Below, piece by piece: positions 30,022 through 39,338 of a stretch of DNA of 48,244 nt (its first letter is position 1; each line of letters starts with the position of its first letter). A program made the position numbers and the translations under genes. The stretch spans positions 1-48,244 of the forward strand of contig JBMNFY010000012.1 in the NCBI GenBank assembly GCA_050949565.1. The letters run 5' to 3'. This DNA is from Kiritimatiellia bacterium. Lineage in GTDB: Bacteria; Verrucomicrobiota; Kiritimatiellia; RFP12; UBA1067. The notes under the pieces were generated by a model, which did no database searches, was not told the origin of the DNA, and saw nothing but the letters and a program-made list of their open reading frames with translations.

Positions 30022-32967
30022 ATGCCGATCAGTTGGAATGAGATCAGACAGAACGCCATCCGTTTTTCTCGCGAATGGGCGGATGAGTACCGCGAGGACG
30101 CGGAGGCCAAATCTTTCTGGGATGAGTTTTTCGGCGTCTTCGGCGTCCGCCGCCGTCTCTTGGCCACCTTCGAGGAGCCCGTCCGCAAGATCAACGGCCA
30201 GTACGGCTACATCGACCTTTTCTGGCGCGGCGTCATGCTCGCCGAGCACAAGAGCCGCGGCAAGTCCCTCGACAAGGCCGAATCACAGGCCTTCAGCTAC
30301 ATTCAGGATCTTGCCCGCGAGCAGCGCTTCGAGGAACTTCCCCGCTTCGTCATTCTTTCTGATTTTGAGCGCATCGCGCTGTATGATCTCGAACCCGAGG
30401 ATCAACTCGACCTGCCGCTTTTCGAATCCCGCCATTACTACAAGAACGAGTTCCTGCTCAAGGATCTCCACAAGCACCTTCACGACTTTGCCTTCATCGC
30501 CGGTTACCGGCAGCACCGCCTGCGTGACGAAGACCCCATCAACATCCGAGCTGTTGAGATCCTCGGCGATCTCCACGACGCGCTGGCCGCCGGCGGCTAC
30601 GCGGGCCATGACCTTGAGCGCTTCCTCGTGCGCATCCTTTTCTGCCTCTTCGCCGACGACACCGGCCTTTTCGAGCCCGACAGCTTCAAGCTCTACATCG
30701 AGAACCGCACCGCCTCCGACGGCTCTGACTTGGGCCTGCACCTAGCACAGCTCTTCGAGGTGCTGAACACCCCGTCCGAGCGGCGACAGGCGCATCTCGA
30801 TGACATGCTCGCCGCCTTCCCGCACGTCAACGGGGAGTTGTTCAAAGAGCGTCTGGCATTCGCCAGTTTCAACCGCGCTATGCGCGATGCACTGTTGCGG
30901 TGTACCGAGTTCGACTGGTCGGCCATTTCGCCCGCCATCTTCGGCTCGCTCTTTCAGGGCGTGATGGATCCCAAGGAACGCCGCCAGACCGGTGGACACT
31001 ATACCTCCGAACGCGACATCCTCAAGGTCGTCAACGCGCTCTTCATGGACGACTTGCGGACGGAGTTCGCAAAGGCGCGGCACAACAAAGCCCTGCTCAA
31101 GCAGTTCCACCGGAAACTTGGAACCCTCCGCTTCTTCGATCCGGCGTGCGGGTGCGGCAACTTTTTGGTCATCACCTACCGCGAACTGCGCCTGTTGGAG
31201 ATCGACGTCCTCAAAGCCCTGTTCGGGAAAGAGGTACAGCAGGAACTGGACATTCAGGCGCTGTCAAAGGTAGACGTCGACGCCTTTACCGGTATCGAAA
31301 TCCAGGAGTGGCCTGCCCGCATCGCCGAAGTCGCCATGTGGCTCATGGACCACCAGATGAATATCCGCCTTTCGGAAGCGTTCGGCCAATACTTTGTACG
31401 TCTGCCGCTCAAGAAATCCGCCAACATCGTTCTTGGCAACGCCCTTCGTCTCGATTGGAAGACGATTCTTCCGCCTGATCAATGTTCGTACGTGCTCGGC
31501 AATCCGCCTTTCGTTGGCAAGCACTACCAGTCTGCGGAACAGAAAGCTGACATGGCGTCCGTTTTCGGCAAATTCAAGAACATCGGCGACCTCGACTACG
31601 TGACCTGTTGGCACTACCGTGCGGCTGAGTATATCCAAGGCACGGCCATCGTGGTTGGCTTCGTGTCCACCAACTCGATCACCCAAGGCGAACAGGTGCC
31701 GCTGATCTGGGGCCTGCTCTTCGATAAGTGGCACATCAAGATCCACTTTGCCCACCGGACGTTTCCGTGGGCCAGCGAGGCGCGCGGCAAGGCGCATGTC
31801 CACGTGGTCATCATCGGCTTTGCCGCGTTCGACATCCCTGGCAAAAAGTTGTTTGACTACGACTCCGGCAACGGGGATGCCGCCGTGATCGAAGCGATCA
31901 ACATCGGTCCCTATCTCACGCCCGGCCCCGACGCATTCGTCACCAAGCGTCAGAAGCCGATCTCGCCCGTGCCGGAAATGCGCTGCGGCAGCAAGCCGTC
32001 TGACGGCGGCAACCTGATTCTGACGGACAGCGAACGGGACGCGCTGGTCGCCGCCGAACCCGGCGCGAAGCAATACCTGCGGCGCTACACAGGGGCGGAA
32101 GAATTCATCAACGGCAACATGCGCTGGTGCCTCTGGCTCGAAGGCGCCGACCCGGGCAGTCTGCGCGCACTGCCGCTGGTTATGGAGCGCGTGGAGAAGG
32201 TGCGCGAGTTCCGGGAAAAGAGTACGGCCGCTCCCACCCGCAAAGCGGCGAAGACACCGGGGCTGTTCTTCTACCGCTCGCAGCCGACCACCGATTACAT
32301 CCTTATTCCCGAGGTTTCCTCGGAACGGCGGCATTACATCCCGATCGGCATCGCGAGCCCGTCGCTCGTTCCGAGCAACACGTGTTTTGTACTTCCGACA
32401 ACCGACCTCTATCTATTCGGCGTGCTGACCTCCGCCATGCACATGGCGTGGATGCGTCAGGTCGGCGGACGGTTGGAGTCGCGGTACCGCTACTCGCGCA
32501 CGATGGTTTACAATACCTTCCCGTGGCCGCGGCTCGATCTGCCGATCCAGGAGGGTGACGCCTGTGTCCGGGAGGCGGCGTCACGGCTCTATTGGTCGTC
32601 GTATCACGAAGGCGGGGAGTACGAAAACGCCCCGCGTCCGCAACCGGGGGAACCCCGGTCTGTCCGCCTGACCGGCGACGCGCGGAAGAAGGCCGCCGTT
32701 GAGGCCAAGGCAAAGGCCGTGCTCGATGCGCGGGCGAGATATCCGCTCTCGACGCTGGCTGACCTCTACGATCCCCTGACCATGCCCGCCGATCTGGTGA
32801 AGGCGCATGCCGACCTCGACCGCGCGGTAGACCGTTGCTACCGCTCCCAGCCTTTCACCTCCGAACGCCAGCGCGTGGAGTTTCTCTTCGCCCTCTACGA
32901 GAGCTACACCGCGCCGTTGCTTCCGGCGGAGAAGACGAGAAGGCGTCGGGGACGCAGAAGTCCGTAA
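30022..32967 (+). CDS. MmeI-like type IIL restriction-modification enzyme (fused endonuclease, N6-adenine MTase and target-recognition domain)
   Basis: IDLFWRGVMLAEHKSRG (PD-ExK), ISPAIFGSLFQ, GGHYTSE, DPACGCGNF, GNPPF, VSSERRHYIPIG, YNTFPWP, LADLYDPLTMP. Confidence 0.93.
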   Translation: MPISWNEIRQNAIRFSREWADEYREDAEAKSFWDEFFGVFGVRRRLLATFEEPVRKINGQYGYIDLFWRGVMLAEHKSRGKSLDKAESQAFSYIQDLAREQRFEELPRFVILSDFERIALYDLEPEDQLDLPLFESRHYYKNEFLLKDLHKHLHDFAFIAGYRQHRLRDEDPINIRAVEILGDLHDALAAGGYAGHDLERFLVRILFCLFADDTGLFEPDSFKLYIENRTASDGSDLGLHLAQLFEVLNTPSERRQAHLDDMLAAFPHVNGELFKERLAFASFNRAMRDALLRCTEFDWSAISPAIFGSLFQGVMDPKERRQTGGHYTSERDILKVVNALFMDDLRTEFAKARHNKALLKQFHRKLGTLRFFDPACGCGNFLVITYRELRLLEIDVLKALFGKEVQQELDIQALSKVDVDAFTGIEIQEWPARIAEVAMWLMDHQMNIRLSEAFGQYFVRLPLKKSANIVLGNALRLDWKTILPPDQCSYVLGNPPFVGKHYQSAEQKADMASVFGKFKNIGDLDYVTCWHYRAAEYIQGTAIVVGFVSTNSITQGEQVPLIWGLLFDKWHIKIHFAHRTFPWASEARGKAHVHVVIIGFAAFDIPGKKLFDYDSGNGDAAVIEAINIGPYLTPGPDAFVTKRQKPISPVPEMRCGSKPSDGGNLILTDSERDALVAAEPGAKQYLRRYTGAEEFINGNMRWCLWLEGADPGSLRALPLVMERVEKVREFREKSTAAPTRKAAKTPGLFFYRSQPTTDYILIPEVSSERRHYIPIGIASPSLVPSNTCFVLPTTDLYLFGVLTSAMHMAWMRQVGGRLESRYRYSRTMVYNTFPWPRLDLPIQEGDACVREAASRLYWSSYHEGGEYENAPRPQPGEPRSVRLTGDARKKAAVEAKAKAVLDARARYPLSTLADLYDPLTMPADLVKAHADLDRAVDRCYRSQPFTSERQRVEFLFALYESYTAPLLPAEKTRRRRGRRSP

Positions 32968-32990
32968 AGTGCAGTTAAGAGGAATAACGC

Positions 32991-34163
32991 ATGAAAGAGA
33001 AATCTCATAGCGAACGTCTGATGTCGTTGGATGCGTTGCGGGGCGCAGACATGCTTTTCATCATGGGCTTTTCCGGTGCGATCGTAGCGCTTTGCGAGGT
33101 CTGCGGCTTCGGGCGCGATTGTTGGCTGGCAACGCAGATGACGCATGTTGCTTGGCATGGTTTTCGGCACCATGATACGATCTTCCCCCTATTCCTGTTT
33201 CTCGCCGGGGTGTCCTGGCCGTTTTCCTATGCGAAACAGGTCGCGATGGGACGTTCAAAGGCACAGATCGTCCGGAAGATCCTTTTGCGTGCGTTTTGTC
33301 TGTTTGCGATTGGATTGATGTGGTCGGATCTGTTTAGCTTCAACTGGCGGATGTACCGGTGGGATTCCGTTCTGGCGCATATCGGCATTTGCTGGGCTGG
33401 CGCGGCATTGATCTTCATGTTCGTCAAGAATTGGCGTGTACGGCTGGGGCTGGCGGCGGTGATACTCGTTGGTTATTGGCTGATGCTTGTCTGTTTCCGC
33501 GCGCCGGACGCAGAGGCGCTGCTCGCGTCGACAGATCCAGGGGTGATGAAGAAGGTTGCCTCTTACGCGACCTACGGTACAGATAACTTCTCGTTTACGG
33601 GGAACATCGTTGGGTGGTTCGACCGGACGTTCATGCCCGGGCGCCTCCATGAAGGAATTTTCGATCCGGATGGGCTCTTATGCAAGTTGACCGGCCTAGT
33701 GACGGCGATGCTCGGCACGTTCGCCGGTGAACTGTTGCGGCGCACGGACTTGTCCGGCAATCGCAAGACCCTGATCCTGTTGGGGGCGGGGGTGGTTTCG
33801 TTGCTCGTGTGCCTTGTCTGGATGCCTTGGTGCCCGGTCAACAAGAAGATCTGGACGCCGACGTTTGTTCTGGCTGCCGGCTCTTATTCCTTCATCGCTT
33901 TGGCTGTTTTTTATTGGATAATCGATGTCAGAGGATGGCGTCGTTGGTCATTCTTCTTTCAGGTTATCGGTATGAATGCCATCACCATCTATGTGATTCG
34001 TAGAGTCGTTCCTCTGCGTCCCATCGGAGAGTTCTTCCTCAAGGGTGTTGCATCCAGGGGTGATGCCGCGTGGAGTTCGCTCGTCCTCTCGATGGGCGAG
34101 GTTGCCGTTGGATGGCTGATACTCTGGTTCCTCTATCGCAAAAAGGTGTTTCTCAAGGTCTGA
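32991..34163 (+). CDS. Heparan-alpha-glucosaminide N-acetyltransferase-like membrane acyltransferase (DUF5009/NagX-like)
   Basis: RLMSLDALRG, HVAWHG...DTIFPLFLFLAG, FDPDGLL, PVNKKIWTPTFV, IGMNAITIY, LYRKKVFLKV. Confidence 0.9.
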   Translation: MKEKSHSERLMSLDALRGADMLFIMGFSGAIVALCEVCGFGRDCWLATQMTHVAWHGFRHHDTIFPLFLFLAGVSWPFSYAKQVAMGRSKAQIVRKILLRAFCLFAIGLMWSDLFSFNWRMYRWDSVLAHIGICWAGAALIFMFVKNWRVRLGLAAVILVGYWLMLVCFRAPDAEALLASTDPGVMKKVASYATYGTDNFSFTGNIVGWFDRTFMPGRLHEGIFDPDGLLCKLTGLVTAMLGTFAGELLRRTDLSGNRKTLILLGAGVVSLLVCLVWMPWCPVNKKIWTPTFVLAAGSYSFIALAVFYWIIDVRGWRRWSFFFQVIGMNAITIYVIRRVVPLRPIGEFFLKGVASRGDAAWSSLVLSMGEVAVGWLILWFLYRKKVFLKV

Positions 34164-34165
34164 AT

Positions 34166-35824
34166 ATGAAAAGAAAAACAACAGGATTCGTTGCCGCGGC
34201 CGTTGCGCTTGCGGCGGGTATTAACGCGGCTGAACTGCCGCCGCTCATGATGATTCGTCTGCGGGCACCGCATACGGCGGATGACGCGCAGTGGGCAAAG
34301 ACGCGCACCGTGCTCGTCGCAAACCGCGGCGCGTGCGATGAGGTATGGTTCTCGACGGGCATCGGCGTGCCGACGCTTGCCTGGCACGCTGCGCATGCAG
34401 AGCGTCTCGCGCGGTACGCCGCTGAACTGCGCGCGGCCGGCATCGTGCCGAGCTTGCAAGTACAGGCGACGCTCGGCCATTCCGACGAACTCTCCGCGCT
34501 TGAAGGCACGCCTGCGAAGACGTGGGGCGGTTTCACTGGACGCGGCGGTACGGAATGCCGTCACTGTAACTGTCCGCGTCAGCCCGATTTCCTTGCCTAC
34601 GTGCGCGAGATGTCGCGGCTCTATGCGTCGTTCAAGCCTAGGAGCGTGTGGATCGATGACGATCTGCGTGTCGCCGGGCACGCGCCTGGGTCACCGTGGG
34701 GCAAGGTTAAGGACGGCTGGATCGGCTGTTGGTGCCCAACATGTCTCGCGGCGTTCAACGCTGAGATGAAGACGAACTGGACGCGCGAAACGTTAGACGC
34801 CGCGATGGCGAAGGATACAAAGCTTTTCGACCGTTGGGAGGCGTTTTCGTTCGCAGGTATCGCCGCCGTTGCACGCGCGATCGCTGAGGAGTTTCACAAG
34901 GTTTCGCCGACGACGCGTCTCGCCTATCAGCACGGCGATTACCGCAACGATTCGCTGCTCGCCGTCTTCCGTGCGCTGCACGAGGCGACGGGACTTCCGG
35001 TCGGGTCGCGTCCCGGGGGCGGCGCGTACTACGACCAGAACCCCAATCTGCAGATGATCAAAGCGTTCGGCGCGGCGTACACTCGGAAACAGTTGGGAAA
35101 TCCCGACTGGATCGATACATGGTGTCCCGAAGTCGAGACGTATCCGCGCGCATTCGCAAGCCGGACGGCGCAGGGCATCATGAACGAGGCGTTTGTCAAT
35201 CTCGCGCTCGGCATGAACACCGTGAGCTTGCTGATTATGGACACGCGCTATGAAACCGACGCATGGTACGGCGAGTGCCTCCTTGCGCCGCTTGCGGCGG
35301 AACGGTCTGTGCTCGAGGGCTATCGCAAACACAACGAAGGGAGTGTTCCCGTGGGGCTGAAGGACGCGACAACAGTATCGAAGGGAAAGCTTTACGAGTT
35401 CGCGCTTGTGGGCGTCCCCGTCGTACCGGGCGTCGGAAAAACGTTCGGCGAAGTGACCAATGCCGATCTGTCGTTCAACCTCAGCGCGATGTCGTCGCGG
35501 CAGATCCTTGATCTTCGGCAACGGATGGATACGCGCGCTGGCGGCAAGCTGCCCGTTATTGCCGAGACGCCGTCTGTCGGCCTTGTCATACCACGCATGG
35601 CGCCCGATGGCGTGCTTCGGAGCGTCGCATTCATCAACGCGCGCATCGATGTGCAGCCGCCGATTACGTTACGCCTCCGTGGCGTCGCGCCGGACAAGGC
35701 GTCCGCCACCTGGCATGCTTTGCGTGCCGCACCGGTGACGGTGCCGCTTGTTCGCGCCGATGGCGAAACGCGGGCGACCCTGCCGCCGCTTGCCGCATGG
35801 AATTGCGGTTGGCTGGAACTGTAG
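34166..35824 (+). CDS. Secreted hypothetical protein, putative TIM-barrel glycoside hydrolase-like
   Basis: Signal peptide MKRKTTGFVAAAVALAAG; WIDDDLR, CWCPTCLAAF, RPGGGAY motifs; starts 2 bp after the upstream gene ends. Confidence 0.65.
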   Translation: MKRKTTGFVAAAVALAAGINAAELPPLMMIRLRAPHTADDAQWAKTRTVLVANRGACDEVWFSTGIGVPTLAWHAAHAERLARYAAELRAAGIVPSLQVQATLGHSDELSALEGTPAKTWGGFTGRGGTECRHCNCPRQPDFLAYVREMSRLYASFKPRSVWIDDDLRVAGHAPGSPWGKVKDGWIGCWCPTCLAAFNAEMKTNWTRETLDAAMAKDTKLFDRWEAFSFAGIAAVARAIAEEFHKVSPTTRLAYQHGDYRNDSLLAVFRALHEATGLPVGSRPGGGAYYDQNPNLQMIKAFGAAYTRKQLGNPDWIDTWCPEVETYPRAFASRTAQGIMNEAFVNLALGMNTVSLLIMDTRYETDAWYGECLLAPLAAERSVLEGYRKHNEGSVPVGLKDATTVSKGKLYEFALVGVPVVPGVGKTFGEVTNADLSFNLSAMSSRQILDLRQRMDTRAGGKLPVIAETPSVGLVIPRMAPDGVLRSVAFINARIDVQPPITLRLRGVAPDKASATWHALRAAPVTVPLVRADGETRATLPPLAAWNCGWLEL

Positions 35825-35828
35825 GACG

Positions 35829-37127
35829 CTACGTTCTCAGCTCTTGGATCACTGCGTGCAGATTGTCGAAGAGCGCATCAAGCTTGTCGCACGGCACGGA
35901 TGAGAAAGCGATGCGGATCAAGCCCATCAGCACAATGACGCCAGTGCTGCGTGTAGCGAGCAGATGCTTGCGCACCGCTTCGGCATCGATGCCCAGCGGC
36001 TTGATGCACATGAAGTACCCAGAGTTGAAGGGCATCGGGACGAAGGAGTGCGCGTACTCTGGATGTGCGGCAAAGATCGCCTTGATGCGGTCATAGCGCC
36101 GCTTGAGCGTGTTAAATTTCTCCTGCTTCTGCACGGCGTACGCGGGGTTGCGGTAGGCATCCAGCAACAGGCTCTGGCCGATGTTGGTGACGCTGGAGAT
36201 CGAACCGCGCACCACGCCGGCGGCCTTGGCTTCAAGCGCTTTGTACTGTGCCGGGGTCGCGTCTTTGCAACCAAAAGTCAGAAAGCCCACGCGGAGGCCC
36301 CATACGTAGTCCTCCTTGGTCGGGCCATCAAGCTTGACTGCCAGCAAGTTGGGGTGCAGGTCGCAGAGGACAGCGAAGAGCGACTCCTTGCTGACGCCCT
36401 CTTCATATACGAGGCCGAAATAGGCGTCATCCAGAATGGCCACCACGCGCTTGCCGGCCTCAACGGCGCGTTGCAACGCGGCACAGATCGCCTTGGCGTC
36501 ACTCTCGGTCGCGGTGTAGCCGGTCGGATTGTTGGGGAAGTTTAGGATCACTATTTTTTTATCACCGGGCGTCAGCAGCAGACGCTCCATGCCTGCCACA
36601 TTAAAGCGGTCGCCCTCGAACATCGGGAAGGGCGTGAGCGTGCCGCCGCACGCCTCTTCAAGTAGCAACTCATAATTGTCCCAGTAGAGATCAGGCAAGA
36701 TCAGGGACTCGCCAGGATCGGTGAAAAGGTATCCAGCGACGCCGATTCCGTGGGTCAACGCATGCGTGACAATCGGCAGACTGAAGCTCTTGTCGGCCAG
36801 CGAGGGGTTCTTGGTCCGCAGCATGTCGCGCCAAGTTTCGCGCAACTCAGGTAGGCCGAAGCTCGGGGCATAAAGATAGGCGGTGGAGGGCAGGTTGACC
36901 AGCCCTTCGAGGCATTCGAGGCAGAGCGGGGTGCCATCCTCCTCAAAGGCGGTGCCGATGGTGGCATTGATGGCGGCACCTTTGGCCTCGGCACTTTGGC
37001 CGAGAATGCCGCGTGACGGGAAGAAAGCGCGCCGTCCCTTGGCCGAGAGCATGCTGAAAAGAGAACTACCGCCTGCCTGCAAATCAGCGTTTAGGGCCTG
37101 CGCCAATACGTGCGCCTGTTCCGTCAT
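35829..37127 (-). CDS. PLP-dependent aminotransferase class I/II
   Basis: NATIG, LNFPNNPTGY, LDDAYFGL, KLDGPTKEDYVWGLRVGF (PLP lysine region). Confidence 0.92.
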   Translation of the reverse strand: MTEQAHVLAQALNADLQAGGSSLFSMLSAKGRRAFFPSRGILGQSAEAKGAAINATIGTAFEEDGTPLCLECLEGLVNLPSTAYLYAPSFGLPELRETWRDMLRTKNPSLADKSFSLPIVTHALTHGIGVAGYLFTDPGESLILPDLYWDNYELLLEEACGGTLTPFPMFEGDRFNVAGMERLLLTPGDKKIVILNFPNNPTGYTATESDAKAICAALQRAVEAGKRVVAILDDAYFGLVYEEGVSKESLFAVLCDLHPNLLAVKLDGPTKEDYVWGLRVGFLTFGCKDATPAQYKALEAKAAGVVRGSISSVTNIGQSLLLDAYRNPAYAVQKQEKFNTLKRRYDRIKAIFAAHPEYAHSFVPMPFNSGYFMCIKPLGIDAEAVRKHLLATRSTGVIVLMGLIRIAFSSVPCDKLDALFDNLHAVIQELRT

Positions 37128-37281
37128 ACGATTCCTTCTGAAATTCTCAAATTCTTCCGTCGTTGTGCCGCACTATAACATAACCTGTTGCGTGCGTAAA
37201 ATGTGAAAGTGTGATTGCGTAATCGGTGTTTACTTCCCTATCACCCCTGATTTATGATGGAAACGATTTAACGGAATACCC

Positions 37282-38679
37282 ATGACCTCTTTTTTTCAAC
37301 GTTTGGCCGAACGCCGCCGTTTTGGCATGCGGCCTGGACTCGACATAATCAACCGCCTGACCGAACGCCTCGGTCATCCGGAGCGTGATCTGGCGGTCAT
37401 CCATATCGCCGGCACGAACGGCAAAGGCGCAGTCGCCGCGCTCTGTGAATCGATCTTGCGTGCCGCCGGTTATCCGGTCGCCCGCTATACCTCGCCGCAT
37501 CTGGTGCGCGTGCATGAGCGTTATCTGCTCAACGGTGCGCCAGTCGAGGATGCCATGCTGGAGGCCGCCTCGCGCGAGGTCGAAGAGGCCGTGCTCGCGC
37601 TGGAAGCGACGCCGGAAGCGCCTGAAGCCACCTTCTTTGAGTGCCTGACTGCCGTTGCGTTTGTCCTGTTCCGGCAGGCGGGCATTCGGCTGGCTGTGCT
37701 GGAAACCGGACTGGGCGGACGGCTCGACGCCACCAACATCGTCACGCCGCTGGTCTCGGTGATCACGCGCATCGGGCTGGACCACTGCGATTGGCTGGGC
37801 GACACCCTTGAGCAGGTCGCGGCCGAAAAGGCCGGTATCATCAAGCCCGGACGCCCGGTGGTCTGCGCGGCAATGCCCGATGAGGCGCGTGCCGTGATCG
37901 CGGCCACCGCCGCGCGACAAGGCGCGCATTGCATTGACGCCGCCGACGCGGTCTCGGTCGCGGTTTCGCACAGTACGCTGGCGGGACAAACCTTGACGAT
38001 CAGCACGCAGGAGCGCACCCTGCCGCCGACTCACGTGCCGCTCGCGGGAGCCTTTCAGGTTGAAAATGTCTGTACAGCCGTCGCGGCACTCGAGGCCGTC
38101 GTGGCCTGTGGCTTGACTGTACCCGATACCGCATTTGTCACCGGCCTTGGCTCGGTCTGCTGGCCCGGACGATTTCAGTTGGTGACGGATGACCCGCCTG
38201 TGATTGTCGATGGCGCGCACAATCCCGACGGTGCGCGTGCCGTGCGTCAAGCGTTGAAAAGCTGCAAGGTCAAAGCACCGGTCGCACTGATCGCGGGTTT
38301 CTGCGGCGACAAAGACGCGCTCGCCCATCTGCGCATTCTCGCTCCGGTGGTCAAGTGCGCGTGGGGCGTGGCCACCTCGAATCCGCGCTCGTTGAGTGCC
38401 GACCAGACCGCCGGTCTGTTGCGTATGGCGGGCATTGATGCAGTGGCGTCCTCATCAGATGTACGCGCAGCGCTCGACGCGGCCCGTGCTTGGGCGCGCG
38501 CCAACAACGGCGTGGTGCTGGTGTGTGGTTCACTCTTTTTAGCTGGCGATGCGTTGACGGCGCTGGATGCCTATCCGTGGCCGGCCGCGCGCCGCGACGA
38601 CAATGAATGGCTTACTAACCCGGCCACAAATTATGCTGCAACTCTGGACAGCGCCCACAGCGTTCAAGTGGAACCATGA
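37282..38679 (+). CDS. folC: Folylpolyglutamate synthase/dihydrofolate synthase
   Basis: HIAGTNGKG, YTSPHL, ETGLGGRLDATN, EKAGIIK, WPGRFQ, DGAHNP, CGSLFLAG. Confidence 0.96.
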   Translation: MTSFFQRLAERRRFGMRPGLDIINRLTERLGHPERDLAVIHIAGTNGKGAVAALCESILRAAGYPVARYTSPHLVRVHERYLLNGAPVEDAMLEAASREVEEAVLALEATPEAPEATFFECLTAVAFVLFRQAGIRLAVLETGLGGRLDATNIVTPLVSVITRIGLDHCDWLGDTLEQVAAEKAGIIKPGRPVVCAAMPDEARAVIAATAARQGAHCIDAADAVSVAVSHSTLAGQTLTISTQERTLPPTHVPLAGAFQVENVCTAVAALEAVVACGLTVPDTAFVTGLGSVCWPGRFQLVTDDPPVIVDGAHNPDGARAVRQALKSCKVKAPVALIAGFCGDKDALAHLRILAPVVKCAWGVATSNPRSLSADQTAGLLRMAGIDAVASSSDVRAALDAARAWARANNGVVLVCGSLFLAGDALTALDAYPWPAARRDDNEWLTNPATNYAATLDSAHSVQVEP

Positions 38680-38860
38680 AACACATGAAACTTCATGAAA
38701 AACGGGGGCACCTTGGCGGTTTCGGAAAACGCTCAACTTTCAAGTAAGTGCGCAAAATTTGGAGTGCGGTGACAAGAACCGCGCTGCGCGCGGGTCGCGG
38801 CACCGCTTTTTCCCTCCGCGCTGTGCGCGGAGACACTCTTAGTCCGCACTCTTAGTCGAA
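38672..38860. repeat. Composite repeat block: catgaaa array, ttggagtgcgg REP-like element, 13-mer tandem
   Basis: catgaaa x3; 38765-38809 is an inverted copy of 42147-42191 (3 mismatches in 45); cactcttagtc twice. Confidence 0.8.
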
Positions 38861-38881
38861 TACACTGCTAAGGAAACCGAT

Positions 38882-39337
38882 ATGAACAAACCTGCCTCAA
38901 TTGAAGTGATCGCGCGTGGTGTCTGCATCGTGGACGACCACATTCTGCTCTGCCACGGCAAGCGCTCCACGCTCACCTATCTGCCGGGGGGCCACATTGA
39001 GTTTCGCGAGACCGCGCGGCAGGCGCTCGAACGTGAAATCGCCGAAGAACTGGGGCGGGCGTCGACAGCCGGCCGCTTTCTCGGCTGTTGCGAACACGCC
39101 TTCCTGCAGAACGGCGAGCCTCACGCCGAGATCAATCTGGTGTTCGAACTCACCATTCCGGGGCTTGCGCCCGGTGCGCCGGTGGAGGCCGCCGAGGCGT
39201 GGATCGGCTTCCGCTGGCAACCGCTGGATGAACTACGCGCGGCACGGATGGAGCCCGCAGTGTTGTGCGATGCACTCGCCGTCTGGCTGCAACACCCCGG
39301 CGGGCATGTCGTTTCAGGCGACGCGTGGGTGCCCTAA
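38882..39337 (+). CDS. NUDIX hydrolase
   Basis: Nudix box LPGGHIEFRETARQALEREIAEELG; RBS aagga upstream. Confidence 0.92.
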   Translation: MNKPASIEVIARGVCIVDDHILLCHGKRSTLTYLPGGHIEFRETARQALEREIAEELGRASTAGRFLGCCEHAFLQNGEPHAEINLVFELTIPGLAPGAPVEAAEAWIGFRWQPLDELRAARMEPAVLCDALAVWLQHPGGHVVSGDAWVP

Positions 39338-39338
39338 G

